Shown here in pieces: positions 1-10,264 of a DNA stretch of 34,772 nt (positions are counted from its first letter, which is position 1; each line of letters begins with the position of its first letter). The notes beneath the pieces were generated by a model. The model was not told the DNA's origin and ran no database searches. It saw only the letters and a program-made list of their open reading frames with translations. The position numbers and the translations under genes are program-made. The stretch is from positions 1-34,772 of the IMG/VR virus record IMGVR_UViG_3300020045_009801, one strand, 5' to 3'. Origin of the DNA: a virus (Duplodnaviria; Caudoviricetes).

Positions 1-55
1 AACAGAAAGATCTGGCATTTGAAGCGGCGATCAGAGAAGACGAACGTAAAAAATT
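1..55. repeat. Left arm of exact 55-bp inverted repeat (partner 694-748)
   Basis: 1-55 is the exact reverse complement of 694-748; identity stops at 56/693. Confidence 0.97.
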
Positions 56-179
56 CAGGGAAAAGTCAAACAACGCACAGCCGATAAAGAAAAACGAACC
101 GGCTCCTGTAAAAACGACTACTTCCACCGTGAGTCATCAGGCGCAAGTTGCAGCAGGGATGATCTCTGAAAGAGAGTAA
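3..179 (+). CDS. True C-terminus of the scaffold-like protein (648..1739), displaced by the fold-back
   Basis: Reads QKDLAFEAAIREDERKKF-REKSNNAQPIKKNEPAPVKTTTSTVSHQAQVAAGMISERE*; the first 18 residues repeat the end of the 363-aa minus-strand ORF; followed by an A-rich leader and ATG at 201. Confidence 0.85.
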   Translation, partial: QKDLAFEAAIREDERKKFREKSNNAQPIKKNEPAPVKTTTSTVSHQAQVAAGMISERE

Positions 180-200
180 TAACAATTAAAAAATCTAAAA

Positions 201-693
201 ATGAGTACACCAAAAGGACCAGATGTACGGTCAACAACAACCGAAGGTCAATATACAGAAGGATGGCGATTTCTAACCGAAGATCGCACATTGGAAGTTC
301 AACAGTACGGGAAGCTTGTACAGTTATTCGGTAAGGGCTTGATGACTTGGGATGCGTGGATGCTCTTAGGACGCCACGTTGATGTTTCAACCCGAAATCT
401 TCAGGTGATTATGGAAGGTAGCTTCCTTGATACCGTTGATGTATCAGTTCAGGTAAGTTCAGGTTCGGCAAATGCAGACTTGACTTTCGTAGGTGCAAAA
501 AACACCCTTCGCGTAGGATTCGTAGTTCACATTCCTGCAAAATATACCGGCGGAACAGTTTCGACTTCTTACCGCGGCGCAAGCAAAACTTATAGTGAAA
601 CTTCAGGCCCTGGTGCAACTCCTGCATGGACTTACGTTTGTAAACCATTACAGACTGGACAGCAGATTACTGCCGCCATCCCAGTTGGTCAGA
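201..693 (+). CDS. Probable major capsid protein, N-terminal part (truncated at the junction; ORF residues after ...PVGQK are chimeric)
   Basis: Once the fold-back is undone it follows terminase-portal-scaffold, the usual MCP position; good A-rich leader; positional inference only. Confidence 0.5.
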
Positions 694-1739
694 AATTTTT
701 TACGTTCGTCTTCTCTGATCGCCGCTTCAAATGCCAGATCTTTCTGTTTGTCGTTATTAATCTTAGCGAGGTCCAATACAGCTTCCCATAAGTCGGCCTT
801 TCCTTTTGGTGTTGCCAGATCATACTCCCCACTCATAACGGCTTCCGTGACAAAATCTTCATACTCTTGGCGATCTTCGGCAGTTAATTCCAATTTGAAT
901 TTATACCATCCATTGAGTACAAGTTCTTTAAGGTCACTTTCGATCAATGCTTTAGCGATAGGGGCAATACCACTTCTCTTGGTAGCTAAGTCCTCCTTGC
1001 TACGCGAAGTTTCTGCTTCGATTTCGGCTAAAATATCAATTTCAGAGTCCTTTGGAATCTGCACATCAGCCCCGAGGTTAGGCAATGATTTTCGTGCGCT
1101 TGCAGCCAAATAATCGACTCTATCTTTATCGTCCTCCGATAAGGAATCGTATCCTTCTGCGATTGCCTCCGGATCAAGTCCTGAAGTTAATAGCTTTTGA
1201 CGGAATGGGTTCCTGATCTGACCAGGAGCTTCCAACTTAGCTGCTAACTCAATTACTTCGAGCGATGGTAATTCGTTCACATTACTGTGCAAAATGCGGC
1301 TAATTACCGCTTCTTTTCCTTTGTAATCTTCCTGTTTTGCGAGCTGTGCTGCCACATACGCCTTTTCATCAGGGAAATAACTCAGGATATTCTGAGATGA
1401 TTTCAGTTTTTCTACGAGCTTTGGAATTACTTCAAGTTTCTTATTTACAGAATCCAAGCCATTTACTCTTTCTTTGTAGGCTTCAATTTCTGCTTCATCC
1501 TTAAATTCAATTCCGAATAATTTTGATGCTACGGCCAATCTTTTATTGGCAGGGAGCGTATCAATATCAATTTCATTCTCTGCTTCAACTTCGACTTCTT
1601 CTGCCGGAGTTTCTTCAGTTTCTTCAATAACCTCTTCAGCAGTTTCTTCTACCACTTCTTCAACTACTTCTTCTTTTTCTTCGGTAGTCTCTCGTTCGGC
1701 TTGTCTCTTCAATAAATAATCGTCTAATTCGTCTGACAT
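648..1739 (-). CDS. Acidic scaffold-like protein between portal and capsid gene; last ~14 aa are chimeric
   Basis: Glu-rich low-complexity N-terminus, helical character, position after portal. Confidence 0.6.
   Translation of the reverse strand: MSDELDDYLLKRQAERETTEEKEEVVEEVVEETAEEVIEETEETPAEEVEVEAENEIDIDTLPANKRLAVASKLFGIEFKDEAEIEAYKERVNGLDSVNKKLEVIPKLVEKLKSSQNILSYFPDEKAYVAAQLAKQEDYKGKEAVISRILHSNVNELPSLEVIELAAKLEAPGQIRNPFRQKLLTSGLDPEAIAEGYDSLSEDDKDRVDYLAASARKSLPNLGADVQIPKDSEIDILAEIEAETSRSKEDLATKRSGIAPIAKALIESDLKELVLNGWYKFKLELTAEDRQEYEDFVTEAVMSGEYDLATPKGKADLWEAVLDLAKINNDKQKDLAFEAAIREDERKKFLTNWDGGSNLLSSL
694..748. repeat. Right arm of 55-bp inverted repeat
   Basis: aattttttacgttcg...gatctttctgtt is the reverse complement of 1-55. 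Confidence 0.97.
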
Positions 1740-1773
1740 GGTTCAAATTTTTGGTTATGGTATTCTGTTCTGG

Positions 1774-1804
1774 TAAATATATAAATTTATTCTACAAATG
1801 CGAA
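1774..1804 (-). promoter_or_regulatory. Bacteroidota-type promoter variant TTCG-N19-TATATTTA
   Basis: Intergenic, just upstream of the 1739 start; resembles TTTG-N19-21-TAnnTTTG. Confidence 0.5.
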
Positions 1805-1814
1805 TACTGTATAA

Positions 1815-4235
1815 TTATTGCATCGCAGCTTGTTCTTGCGGCGCACCTTGCTGTTGAGGCATTGTTCCTTGAGCTTGCGGAGCAGGTTGTGCCGGAGCCG
1901 AAATTCCTTGCTGTATTCCCTGATTTGGAAGCATATTGTATTTCAATACATAATCGTTTGTAAACTTCCTTCTCATAAGCTCAAATTCATAGTCTTGGGC
2001 TTGTTTTGCCGCCTGTTGTTTGGCCTGCTCCATTTGAGCAAGTCCATCATTCTGAGCTTTTGATCTTGCGATAGATTTCTGCTGTTCATCGTCAGCTTTC
2101 TTTTTCATCATATACCCTAGGAGTATTCCAATCCTTCTGATGTTCTGTCCGGTTTCAATCATGTCAAGAATCTGCATTGCTTCCGGAAGATGAGTAGTGC
2201 CGTCGGCGGATGGAGTAGAGAACACTTTCAGCATCTCCATAATATTCCGTTTCTTCTCGGTTATGTCCGTCGCTTGGAGCTGTATGCCATACTCAACATG
2301 ATTTTTCTCTGCGTCGAGTATCGCTTTCATTCGCTGTTCTCCGATTACCTCTGCGTATGAGTCTGCGATGTGCTTATTCATATTGCAATAGGTTCTGATC
2401 TTGTAGCAGATGTTTACTGAAACATCCTCCTGAATGTCGGTTACTGCCCTGACAATGTTGTTGATAATCTCATTGGTTCCTTGCAGCGAAATCTGCATGT
2501 TAAACTTTGCCACATTCGGGTCGGCCTGCTCTCCCGTGGATATGCCGGAGATTCCAGAAGTGCTTTCGATCAATGACAAGTATTTAGCCATTGAATCGAA
2601 TTGTATTTTAATGTTCTCGTAAGAACTATTATTCAAAGGGATTACCGGAGGACCTGCTGATCTTCCAAATCCTGACAATGAATTCTTCTGCTTGTATAGC
2701 AGGAATGAACTTTGTTTGTAGAACTCTAAAAGCTCCATGGAATCCCAACTCTTGTCTTTACCGATTGAAATTTCTTTGATAGCGCCAATATCTACTGCAA
2801 ACCCGTTCCCGATTGCCTGCGAAATTGCATGTTGTGCTTTAATCCAAGACAATTGAAACCCTTTCAGAAAAGGTTTAATCTGAACAATGATAGGAGTGGT
2901 ATTTAGCATTACTCCGCGATAAGAAAGGCGAGGAACTTTGAACTTATCTCTTGGGATGTATTCTGATTTTCCCCAATCAAATACATAGTCAGTTCCGACT
3001 ACGAATGAGCATTTTCTGACGTACCTGATTTGGTCATCTCTCAATTCTTCATTCTCCTGAACCTGCCCATTATATTTTTTGGTTCTAGTATCGCCAACCT
3101 TATTCTGAAACTCGACGTACTGCTCATTGTCAATATCAACCCACTCACAATTAAATACCGGTACCTTAAAGGCATCGAATCCTAAATATGCTGACATACC
3201 TTCTCCGACGATCTTATTGTAATTGTTCCATTTTTCTCTTGTAGGATTTCCGTATTGTCCGACATACGCCTGAGCGAGTGCAGACGCCTGTTCTTCGGTA
3301 AGATTTAGTCGCTGTCTTAATTTAGATACTTCTTCGAGTGATTCGTGATACCCAAACTCTGCATTTTTGAATGACTTGGTTGTAGAGAACTGAAGTCCTG
3401 CTGAATTAATGTCGATGTATTTTACCACTACGCGATTAAGTTCCCTATCAAACTCTTCCTTAATCATTGCAAAACCATTCGAAATCAGATCATCCTTGAT
3501 CTTCTCTCCAACTTCTTTATCCCATTCCGACACATCGAATGAATGTTTCAAAAGGTCTTCCATAGAAATGGCATATGATCTTTTAAAACCTCCTGATGCA
3601 GCGTACAATTCAAGTTCGTCAAGATTCTGTGGCATGAATGTAGGCTCTTCGATTCCTATTCCTGCAATTAGTCTTTGGGTATCGACCCATTTCTGGTTTT
3701 GTTTGTAGAACCAAAGTTTATATTTTTCTGACTCTTCATTTTTTACCGAGAACGAATCAATGGCATTGACTCCCATTTCGTAATACATTGCCCGGGTGTG
3801 CTCATTGATTTTAGTCTTGATCTTTGGAGCTACACTTACCGGAGACAAATCAAGGTTGATCCATGCTTTTTTACCAGAGTCGTTGCTTCCGGCTTCGTCC
3901 CTGTTATCAAAACCAGCAGGATCAAAATTAGTTTTCCCAATTGGAGTACTATCTTTAGTCCCAAATATTGCGTCAATAGCAAATGATGTATCGTGGGTTC
4001 CATTCGACCATCTTCGATTTTCTTCAATGGAAGCCTTTGTGTCTGTTCCGATCCATGTCGCTCCATTCTGATAAAGACTGTAAATCTTTTCAGCCCACAT
4101 CTTGTGATAGTCTTCCTGCTTTTTGTCGGGCATCAATCCCTGATCCGGATAAATGAATGATTCATTTTTGTAGTAATCCGAACCTTTTACCTCTAGCTTT
4201 GTAGTTTTTAATACTACTTCTTTTTTCTTAGCCAT
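1815..4235 (-). CDS. Portal protein (large, crAss-like size)
   Basis: 806 aa, coupled to the terminase (TAATG overlap), Q-rich coiled C-terminal tail. Confidence 0.8.
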   Translation of the reverse strand: MAKKKEVVLKTTKLEVKGSDYYKNESFIYPDQGLMPDKKQEDYHKMWAEKIYSLYQNGATWIGTDTKASIEENRRWSNGTHDTSFAIDAIFGTKDSTPIGKTNFDPAGFDNRDEAGSNDSGKKAWINLDLSPVSVAPKIKTKINEHTRAMYYEMGVNAIDSFSVKNEESEKYKLWFYKQNQKWVDTQRLIAGIGIEEPTFMPQNLDELELYAASGGFKRSYAISMEDLLKHSFDVSEWDKEVGEKIKDDLISNGFAMIKEEFDRELNRVVVKYIDINSAGLQFSTTKSFKNAEFGYHESLEEVSKLRQRLNLTEEQASALAQAYVGQYGNPTREKWNNYNKIVGEGMSAYLGFDAFKVPVFNCEWVDIDNEQYVEFQNKVGDTRTKKYNGQVQENEELRDDQIRYVRKCSFVVGTDYVFDWGKSEYIPRDKFKVPRLSYRGVMLNTTPIIVQIKPFLKGFQLSWIKAQHAISQAIGNGFAVDIGAIKEISIGKDKSWDSMELLEFYKQSSFLLYKQKNSLSGFGRSAGPPVIPLNNSSYENIKIQFDSMAKYLSLIESTSGISGISTGEQADPNVAKFNMQISLQGTNEIINNIVRAVTDIQEDVSVNICYKIRTYCNMNKHIADSYAEVIGEQRMKAILDAEKNHVEYGIQLQATDITEKKRNIMEMLKVFSTPSADGTTHLPEAMQILDMIETGQNIRRIGILLGYMMKKKADDEQQKSIARSKAQNDGLAQMEQAKQQAAKQAQDYEFELMRRKFTNDYVLKYNMLPNQGIQQGISAPAQPAPQAQGTMPQQQGAPQEQAAMQ

Positions 4236-6595
4236 TATCGGTATTTATATGTTTTTGCTCCAAGGGAATATACTTCTTCAGCTTCCCCGAAATTATTACC
4301 CATTATATCAGCGTACATGCTCTGATCTCCAAACAAACACTCTATCACTGCTGCTAATCCATCAAAGTTTGTCAACTGCTCCATTGATGATATTTCATCA
4401 GCCTCTTCCATCCATTCTTTGATGTTTTGGATTTTCGAGTGAAATGTAATAAAATTTGCCAAATAATCGAAACCATCTTTTTTATTATTACCGAGATGAG
4501 TCCCAGGTTTATTGCTTCGTCTGGTTTCGCTATTTGTCGTTACATCTACTCCGTAATTTAAGTATCCTCCCATTCGCCACTCTATGATTCTTTCCCACAC
4601 TACAGCTACGTTTGTCTCAGGATGTATCAGCCCTCCATAATAAATTGCAGCCTTTAATGCTTCTTCTGCGGCTTCGTATGATGAGGCCAGCCTAGCTCGC
4701 ATGAATGCAACAATTTGCTTGGTTACCCAATCCTTAGCTTCTCCAGAAAGATCAATTTTCTTATCCCTCTTGCGTAACACTGCAATGCCGGTATCCGACT
4801 TCTTTGTTCTCTTTCCAGAAAGATATGATGATTCTGATTTGTTTGAAAATTGAGATGGATCCACTCCGATTATAAATTTTGGATTGGCCGGTCTGTTTAC
4901 AATGATTTCATCATCCTCAAATGCCGAGTAGTCTTCCATGGTTGACATTTGGTTTGCCTGACCTTGTGGCATCTCGTATGAAACAATCCACTTACCTTCC
5001 GGATTCTCTTTAAATATTACATTGAAACTTCCGATTCCTCTTGCCAAATCAGGGCGATTTATCCACTCGAAATTGCCACGCTTAGATTTTGACTTATTTT
5101 GAAGTTCAATAATTCTTGATCTTAACTTTTCGTTGTCGAGTCCAAGCAATCCAGAGATTCCGGTCCAGCATTCATCATAGTCAATCGGGAACTTACGAAC
5201 CTCACTCTTCAACTTCTCTGTCTTGGCAACATCACTATCATCAGTTAAAAACTTTCGCTTATTTCGGATATACATTACTGAGCCAATATTATGCTTGTAT
5301 CCGGATTGAACTTGCCGGGGAGTTGGTCTTTCCAGAACCGGTTCTCCCCACGCATCGATGTATTCTTCCATACACCAGTCGCTCGAAAAAAACATCAGCG
5401 CTAATCCGGAGTTTGTCTGCCCATCTGCCCCACGACTATAAAAATTCGAAAGATCGCACATGACTTTATAGTCAGAGCCACCCTCTGTCATTTTTTCAAC
5501 CGTAGATGGATGAACGCAAAATCCTATGATCTTTCCTCCACCGGCAAGCGTCATGGCTTGTTTGTTTACATTCCATCGTTCCTGTACGTTTCCTGTACGT
5601 TTTCCCTTCCCTTGTTCATCGAAAAGTGCCGAGACAAGCATTTTACCATCATTGGCCATATCTCCCGCAGAATCGGTGTAATCCACCCTGCTATCGAGTG
5701 GATCAATATCTGTTTCAGTAGATGATGAGAACACGATCTTACCACTACTTTCCTTTCCTTCCCAAGCAGGCTTCATCCACATTGGCCAAGCCTTCCATGA
5801 TGGTACCAATTTCTGCATATAATGGGTGCTGGCATTATCCCCATCCATAGAAACGATTGTAGCCAGCTTATCAGCGCCACGCTCCCCGGTAATGATTCTC
5901 ATCATGATATGAATAGCCTGATTGGTTAATCCTTCTCGCCTACCCTTTGGTTCTATGCTTCCAACGAATAGGGTTCGACCAACATCAGCCATTCGATAAA
6001 CCAAATTCCCTGACTCATCCATAACTTTTGCAGCAAGTCCTTTATCGTCGTAGTCGAGAAATGTTTCTGTTGTATTATGAAGGTAATCTCTAAATAAAAA
6101 CCGGTATAATTCTTTCTTTCGATACTCCGGATACTGGTACCCATTAGCCGTAGTCATCCGGTGCATATTCAGATAGGAGAAATACCATGGCGGGATATAA
6201 GTAGGCTTTCCGTCAATGAAAATCCAATATCCATAATTTGCGAACCAAATGTATCTTTTAATGAAAAGTATTTCATCCACATAAGAGTCTCGGTGCATTT
6301 CAATTTCATCCCAGAAGTCTTTCAGGATGTCAGTTCCGTATGTAGTCTTTGAAGTCGTGCGATGATCGGATAATATTTTCTTTTGAAGTTCTACGAGTTT
6401 AGGCGGAATATCAAGTCTTTTGAATGTTTGCTCGTCCGGATGTAAATTAAAGCCGTCGATTAGGTGTAATGGCGGTGGCTCCGGAAGTGATACGCGGATT
6501 GGTCGCAGATTCTTTGATCCGAAGTTTACGAGAAAGGAACGGTCTACGTCCCGGTAAAGAGGGCTGAATTTACAATAATCTTCACTACTCATCAT
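4235..6595 (-). CDS. terL: Terminase large subunit
   Basis: Walker A-like PKGRREGLT, Walker B LFDEQGK, RNase H-like IIGVDP, later D and E.N motifs; 786 aa. Confidence 0.9.
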   Translation of the reverse strand: MMSSEDYCKFSPLYRDVDRSFLVNFGSKNLRPIRVSLPEPPPLHLIDGFNLHPDEQTFKRLDIPPKLVELQKKILSDHRTTSKTTYGTDILKDFWDEIEMHRDSYVDEILFIKRYIWFANYGYWIFIDGKPTYIPPWYFSYLNMHRMTTANGYQYPEYRKKELYRFLFRDYLHNTTETFLDYDDKGLAAKVMDESGNLVYRMADVGRTLFVGSIEPKGRREGLTNQAIHIMMRIITGERGADKLATIVSMDGDNASTHYMQKLVPSWKAWPMWMKPAWEGKESSGKIVFSSSTETDIDPLDSRVDYTDSAGDMANDGKMLVSALFDEQGKGKRTGNVQERWNVNKQAMTLAGGGKIIGFCVHPSTVEKMTEGGSDYKVMCDLSNFYSRGADGQTNSGLALMFFSSDWCMEEYIDAWGEPVLERPTPRQVQSGYKHNIGSVMYIRNKRKFLTDDSDVAKTEKLKSEVRKFPIDYDECWTGISGLLGLDNEKLRSRIIELQNKSKSKRGNFEWINRPDLARGIGSFNVIFKENPEGKWIVSYEMPQGQANQMSTMEDYSAFEDDEIIVNRPANPKFIIGVDPSQFSNKSESSYLSGKRTKKSDTGIAVLRKRDKKIDLSGEAKDWVTKQIVAFMRARLASSYEAAEEALKAAIYYGGLIHPETNVAVVWERIIEWRMGGYLNYGVDVTTNSETRRSNKPGTHLGNNKKDGFDYLANFITFHSKIQNIKEWMEEADEISSMEQLTNFDGLAAVIECLFGDQSMYADIMGNNFGEAEEVYSLGAKTYKYR

Positions 6596-6917
6596 CGGAT
6601 ATTAAGGATAAAAAATTTTGAAGTTTATGAACTAACTTAAAATCTATTCTTTTCCCATTTCCAAGTTCAGTCCAATAATGTCCTTTATGATTTGAACTAA
6701 TTATAATCCCACAAACAACCCATCCCCACGGTTGTAATATGGCATTAAGTTTAATCATCCAATTATCGGTAAGTATGATTGGATTAATTTCATTAGCCCA
6801 CAAAATCCTACCATCCAATCCAATGACCTGATAATCTCCAAATGCAGTATTTTTTATTTCAAGCTCACCGTACTCAGTTGAAATATAGTTTCCTATTTGA
6901 TATTTTGGTTTATTCAT
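6585..6917 (-). CDS. Small Bacteroidota-phage protein (IGN...PI.LT...VH.LQN family), paralog of 31267..31620
   Basis: Shared motifs; overlaps both neighbours. Confidence 0.7.
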   Translation of the reverse strand: MNKPKYQIGNYISTEYGELEIKNTAFGDYQVIGLDGRILWANEINPIILTDNWMIKLNAILQPWGWVVCGIIISSNHKGHYWTELGNGKRIDFKLVHKLQNFLSLISDDE

Positions 6918-7605
6918 CTCCTAAGAATTTCATTTTATCCACTTTATACCCATCTCCATAAGGATTAATATCGACAAGTGGTTCTCCGTTTTCTTTCTTT
7001 GAAATTAGCGATTCAGGCCTTAATTCAAGACTTCTTTTATAAGCAAAGGCATAGAGTACATTCTTCATTTCGCGCTCTTCTCCGCCGCTGAAAATCTTAT
7101 AGTCAAGTCGGTCGATGTCATCCTTGATGGATTCGGCCATTTTCTTCAATCTTTCAAAGTCAATGGACTTATCAAACTTATACGCCTGAAGGTCCTTCAT
7201 AACATTGTAGTACATCTCTGAATAGATTGATAGCATGGCAAAATCGTTATCAAATTCCAAAGCCAAGTACCTTACGATGACATTATTTAGCGACGCCCTC
7301 TTGTTGAAGATTATGTCTTCACATTCAGATATGAACTTTTCTGATCCGTCAATTTTAATTAACGGGAATCCGGCTTTAATTGCACTATTCTTTTTCTTGA
7401 TTATCCATTCTGATTTGTGCTGCATGACAATTGCCGAGTTACGGTCATAACAATGCACCATATATCGAATAAGCATTGCAAGCGTGATACTCGAAGGCAA
7501 TTCTTCGTTCTGAGCAAATATTTTAAAATCTTCGTGTAGATTACAAAAATCAATGATCAAATCTTCATCTGGTAGTCCCACATTAAGCAAGCATCTTCCG
7601 GCCAT
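6910..7605 (-). CDS. Hypothetical protein, candidate terminase small subunit
   Basis: 231 aa helical; first gene of the unit leading to terL; function by position only. Confidence 0.45.
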   Translation of the reverse strand: MAGRCLLNVGLPDEDLIIDFCNLHEDFKIFAQNEELPSSITLAMLIRYMVHCYDRNSAIVMQHKSEWIIKKKNSAIKAGFPLIKIDGSEKFISECEDIIFNKRASLNNVIVRYLALEFDNDFAMLSIYSEMYYNVMKDLQAYKFDKSIDFERLKKMAESIKDDIDRLDYKIFSGGEEREMKNVLYAFAYKRSLELRPESLISKKENGEPLVDINPYGDGYKVDKMKFLGDE

Positions 7606-7625
7606 AGGTTGTTATTTTGGATTTC

Positions 7626-7656
7626 TAAATATATGTATTTTTTATTACGATTCGAA
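7626..7656 (-). promoter_or_regulatory. Promoter variant TTCG-N19-TATATTTA
   Basis: Same motif and spacing as 1774-1804; directly downstream of a terminator. Confidence 0.55.
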
Positions 7657-7659
7657 GAC

Positions 7660-7697
7660 CAAATAAAAATCCCTGACACTTGGCGATGTCAGGGATT
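7660..7697 (-). terminator. Intrinsic terminator
   Basis: 11-bp stem aatccctgaca/tgtcagggatt followed by a U-tract on the minus strand. Confidence 0.85.
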
Positions 7698-7723
7698 AAA
7701 ATATGAAACACGAGTGAAAAGTC

Positions 7724-8440
7724 CTATTCAGGATCAACAGTAAGAGTTACTACCCAATTGCGTGTGGTTATGCCATCCTGAGCAATGATCGTATATGTTT
7801 TAGGAGTAGAGAAGTTATTTTGAGTAACTTCTGTAACCTGAGCTGTCACTCCAATCTTGACGGACGTAATCGATGCAGACGTTGTAAAGGTCGAAGCTAA
7901 AGCCGTTATCACCGTCCCATAAGGTGCAGTCAATGCAATAGTTCTTGCGGCAGAATTAATCGTACTCGTACTTCCGACAGTAGGAATGGAATACGTCAAA
8001 ATTTCAGCGGCATTTGAATTAACGAGATCTTCAAGAGTTCCATCAATAAATACAGACTTATTGATAAAGCTTCCATCTGAGTAAATAAACTCTACGACAG
8101 AAGTGTCGATTGCTCCATTAATCAATGCCTGAGCATTACGAAGCGATACGAGATATTTTTCATTGAATGAAGTCACAGTAGTTACGCCGGTGCTCGGATT
8201 CAATACATCGGCGGTAATGACGTTGATCAACGAGTCAGTGGCCACTAGGGCGTCTAAGGTCGCCTTACTAATATCCAACGTATAACTTACTGGCTGAGTT
8301 TTACTTCCGGGCTCCTGGTCGTAACGCACGACGACTTTGGTCGAAGCGTTGTTGTAATATTTTACAATATTCCGAAGATTAAAGGCTATCGTGCCAGTTT
8401 TGGCGATGCCGTTGACATGTGTGAAATTTACTACTTTCAT
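7724..8440 (-). CDS. Probable virion surface protein: shared N-terminal module plus C-terminal Ig-like (DUF5018-like) domain
   Basis: C-terminal NFSTPKTYTIIAQDG..RNWVVT motif; N-terminal ~130 aa paralogous to 10265..11320; ATG 8440 preferred because TTG 8482 lies inside the promoter. Confidence 0.7.
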   Translation of the reverse strand: MKVVNFTHVNGIAKTGTIAFNLRNIVKYYNNASTKVVVRYDQEPGSKTQPVSYTLDISKATLDALVATDSLINVITADVLNPSTGVTTVTSFNEKYLVSLRNAQALINGAIDTSVVEFIYSDGSFINKSVFIDGTLEDLVNSNAAEILTYSIPTVGSTSTINSAARTIALTAPYGTVITALASTFTTSASITSVKIGVTAQVTEVTQNNFSTPKTYTIIAQDGITTRNWVVTLTVDPE

Positions 8441-8479
8441 GTTCTTTATTTTTATATCACCCGAACATTCGAGGACGAT

Positions 8480-8510
8480 CAAATGTATGTTTTTATTTTA
8501 ATTATTCAAA
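8480..8510 (-). promoter_or_regulatory. Consensus Bacteroidota sigma70 promoter TTTG-N19-TACATTTG
   Basis: Exact match to the -33/-7 consensus, intergenic. Confidence 0.75.
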
Positions 8511-8512
8511 TA

Positions 8513-10261
8513 TCACTTAACGTAAAATCTTCCGGTTGCAGGATTTACTCGATACTTTGATCCATTTATTAAAACTGATTTCTTTTCAGTTGTATTGACT
8601 GGTTCGTCTGGATTTGGATCAACAATCAAAACCTTTGCCGAATATGTAGGTATTGATACGCTTGTAACGTATTTCGTTCCATAAACATCAACCACTGGAA
8701 GCGTTAACCCTACTATCTTTGGTGTCTTGGCAGTATTGTATTCCAAAATAATATCAGATTCAAGCAATGGAGTTGCTCCTACATTACCACTAATTACGTC
8801 TCCGCCATTACCATTCTCTGCATTAAATTCAGATATGGTATGTGGATAATCGTTTGCGGCATCATTTCCATAATAAATCAAATCAGTAATCCCATGATTA
8901 TAAAGGATATTATCTTTAAAAGTGTTTGCTCCTAATTGCTGATCGTACTCATAAATCTGGTATCCGCCTGACCGCGTAGATTTTCCGCAATTATAGACTA
9001 TATTCCCAATAACCTCAACTCCTTGCACATTGTAAACTCCAGCTCCATAAGGACTAAGGATAATACCCGAATCATGGGTATTCATTATAGTGTTGTTATG
9101 AATTTTTGTTCCTGTTACGTCAACTACATATGGGTTACTAATTTCAATACCACCACCTGTCTGCCAAGGTTTCGCTGCAACTTCAGACGATCTATTATTC
9201 CCGTCTATAATATTATTATATACTTCACATCCTGTTGATCCAGCCTGACTATTGACGGTAACGTCAAAGAAATGATTTTGGTAAACCTTATTGCCAGAAC
9301 CCATCCCTTGATTAGTTACTAATCCAAATCCACGACCGTAATAAATATTGGTGCAAGAAACGTAGTTATTGAAAAATAAAATATTAGATGAAGTGTACCC
9401 CGCTGTTAATCCTTCAATCATTAATGCGCCATGACCCCAATCCTTAAAAGTATTATCGTGAATTAGCCACGTATCAATTCCATCAGCAAGCCTAATGCAG
9501 TCTAGTGTTGATTGGTCCTCGTAGTCATAGAAGAAATTAGTCGGTGCTCCGGCATCAAACATACAGTTTTTAACTTCGCAGTTATTTACCGTAGTTCCGG
9601 GCGTTGTAGAATTAACGTCAATACCGCATCGGTCACTTTGATATCCAATATTACAGTTGTCAAAAGTCAGGTAATCGCCATTTGTAATTCTTACGGACGT
9701 ATTTGAACCTCCCTGAAAATCAATATTATCAACCGTGACGTGAGAATAGTAAATTCGTATTGCTGTTTGTCTGACACATCCTGACGTTATTGACGTAAGT
9801 GATGTTGCGGGATTCATAGCAGAATACAAATAAAATACATGTGTTGAAGTATTGTAATAGAATCGTTCAGTAGAAGTAACTGTTGCTGTAAGTGCCTTTT
9901 TAACTTCCGTCCCGTTCAACCATATTCGTTTGATTTCAGGCGGTGCTGGAGATAACGTAATCTGCCAGATATTACCAACATTTGACCAACTAGCAGAAGT
10001 TTTCCAATTAGCCAATTCATCAACAGCTGAGATTACTGGTTTTGCTCCAGTTCCGTAGTCAGCAATGATAACAGGATTACCTAAGCTTCCTGCGCCAATA
10101 AATGACAGCTCTTCTCTCCATGTATCTCCACGTTTAAAATAAACTATATCTCCTGCCACAAATGAAATACTTCCCACCTTAGTGCATGTTTTCCATGCCT
10201 GTGCGTCTGAAAGTCCTGTATTCGTATCACTACCTAAATTTTTGATATAATATGCCGTCAT
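8513..10261 (-). CDS. Right-handed parallel beta-helix (pectate-lyase-like) protein; possible depolymerase or adhesin
   Basis: N-terminal YY...GSD.N.G.S...AWKT and GD.VYFKRGD.W motifs; many I.NN/V.NN repeats. Confidence 0.8.
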   Translation of the reverse strand: MTAYYIKNLGSDTNTGLSDAQAWKTCTKVGSISFVAGDIVYFKRGDTWREELSFIGAGSLGNPVIIADYGTGAKPVISAVDELANWKTSASWSNVGNIWQITLSPAPPEIKRIWLNGTEVKKALTATVTSTERFYYNTSTHVFYLYSAMNPATSLTSITSGCVRQTAIRIYYSHVTVDNIDFQGGSNTSVRITNGDYLTFDNCNIGYQSDRCGIDVNSTTPGTTVNNCEVKNCMFDAGAPTNFFYDYEDQSTLDCIRLADGIDTWLIHDNTFKDWGHGALMIEGLTAGYTSSNILFFNNYVSCTNIYYGRGFGLVTNQGMGSGNKVYQNHFFDVTVNSQAGSTGCEVYNNIIDGNNRSSEVAAKPWQTGGGIEISNPYVVDVTGTKIHNNTIMNTHDSGIILSPYGAGVYNVQGVEVIGNIVYNCGKSTRSGGYQIYEYDQQLGANTFKDNILYNHGITDLIYYGNDAANDYPHTISEFNAENGNGGDVISGNVGATPLLESDIILEYNTAKTPKIVGLTLPVVDVYGTKYVTSVSIPTYSAKVLIVDPNPDEPVNTTEKKSVLINGSKYRVNPATGRFYVK

Positions 10262-10264
10262 GAT

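Noticed and set aside
1-748. Shufflon or invertible capsid switch
   Set aside because: No invertase in the window, the repeat starts exactly at base 1 and is exactly 55 bp, and neither orientation gives a complete capsid gene; an artefact is more parsimonious
8513-8560. VNPATG at the beta-helix C-terminus resembling NPSTG in the neighbouring paralogs
   Set aside because: A short turn motif that could easily be coincidental
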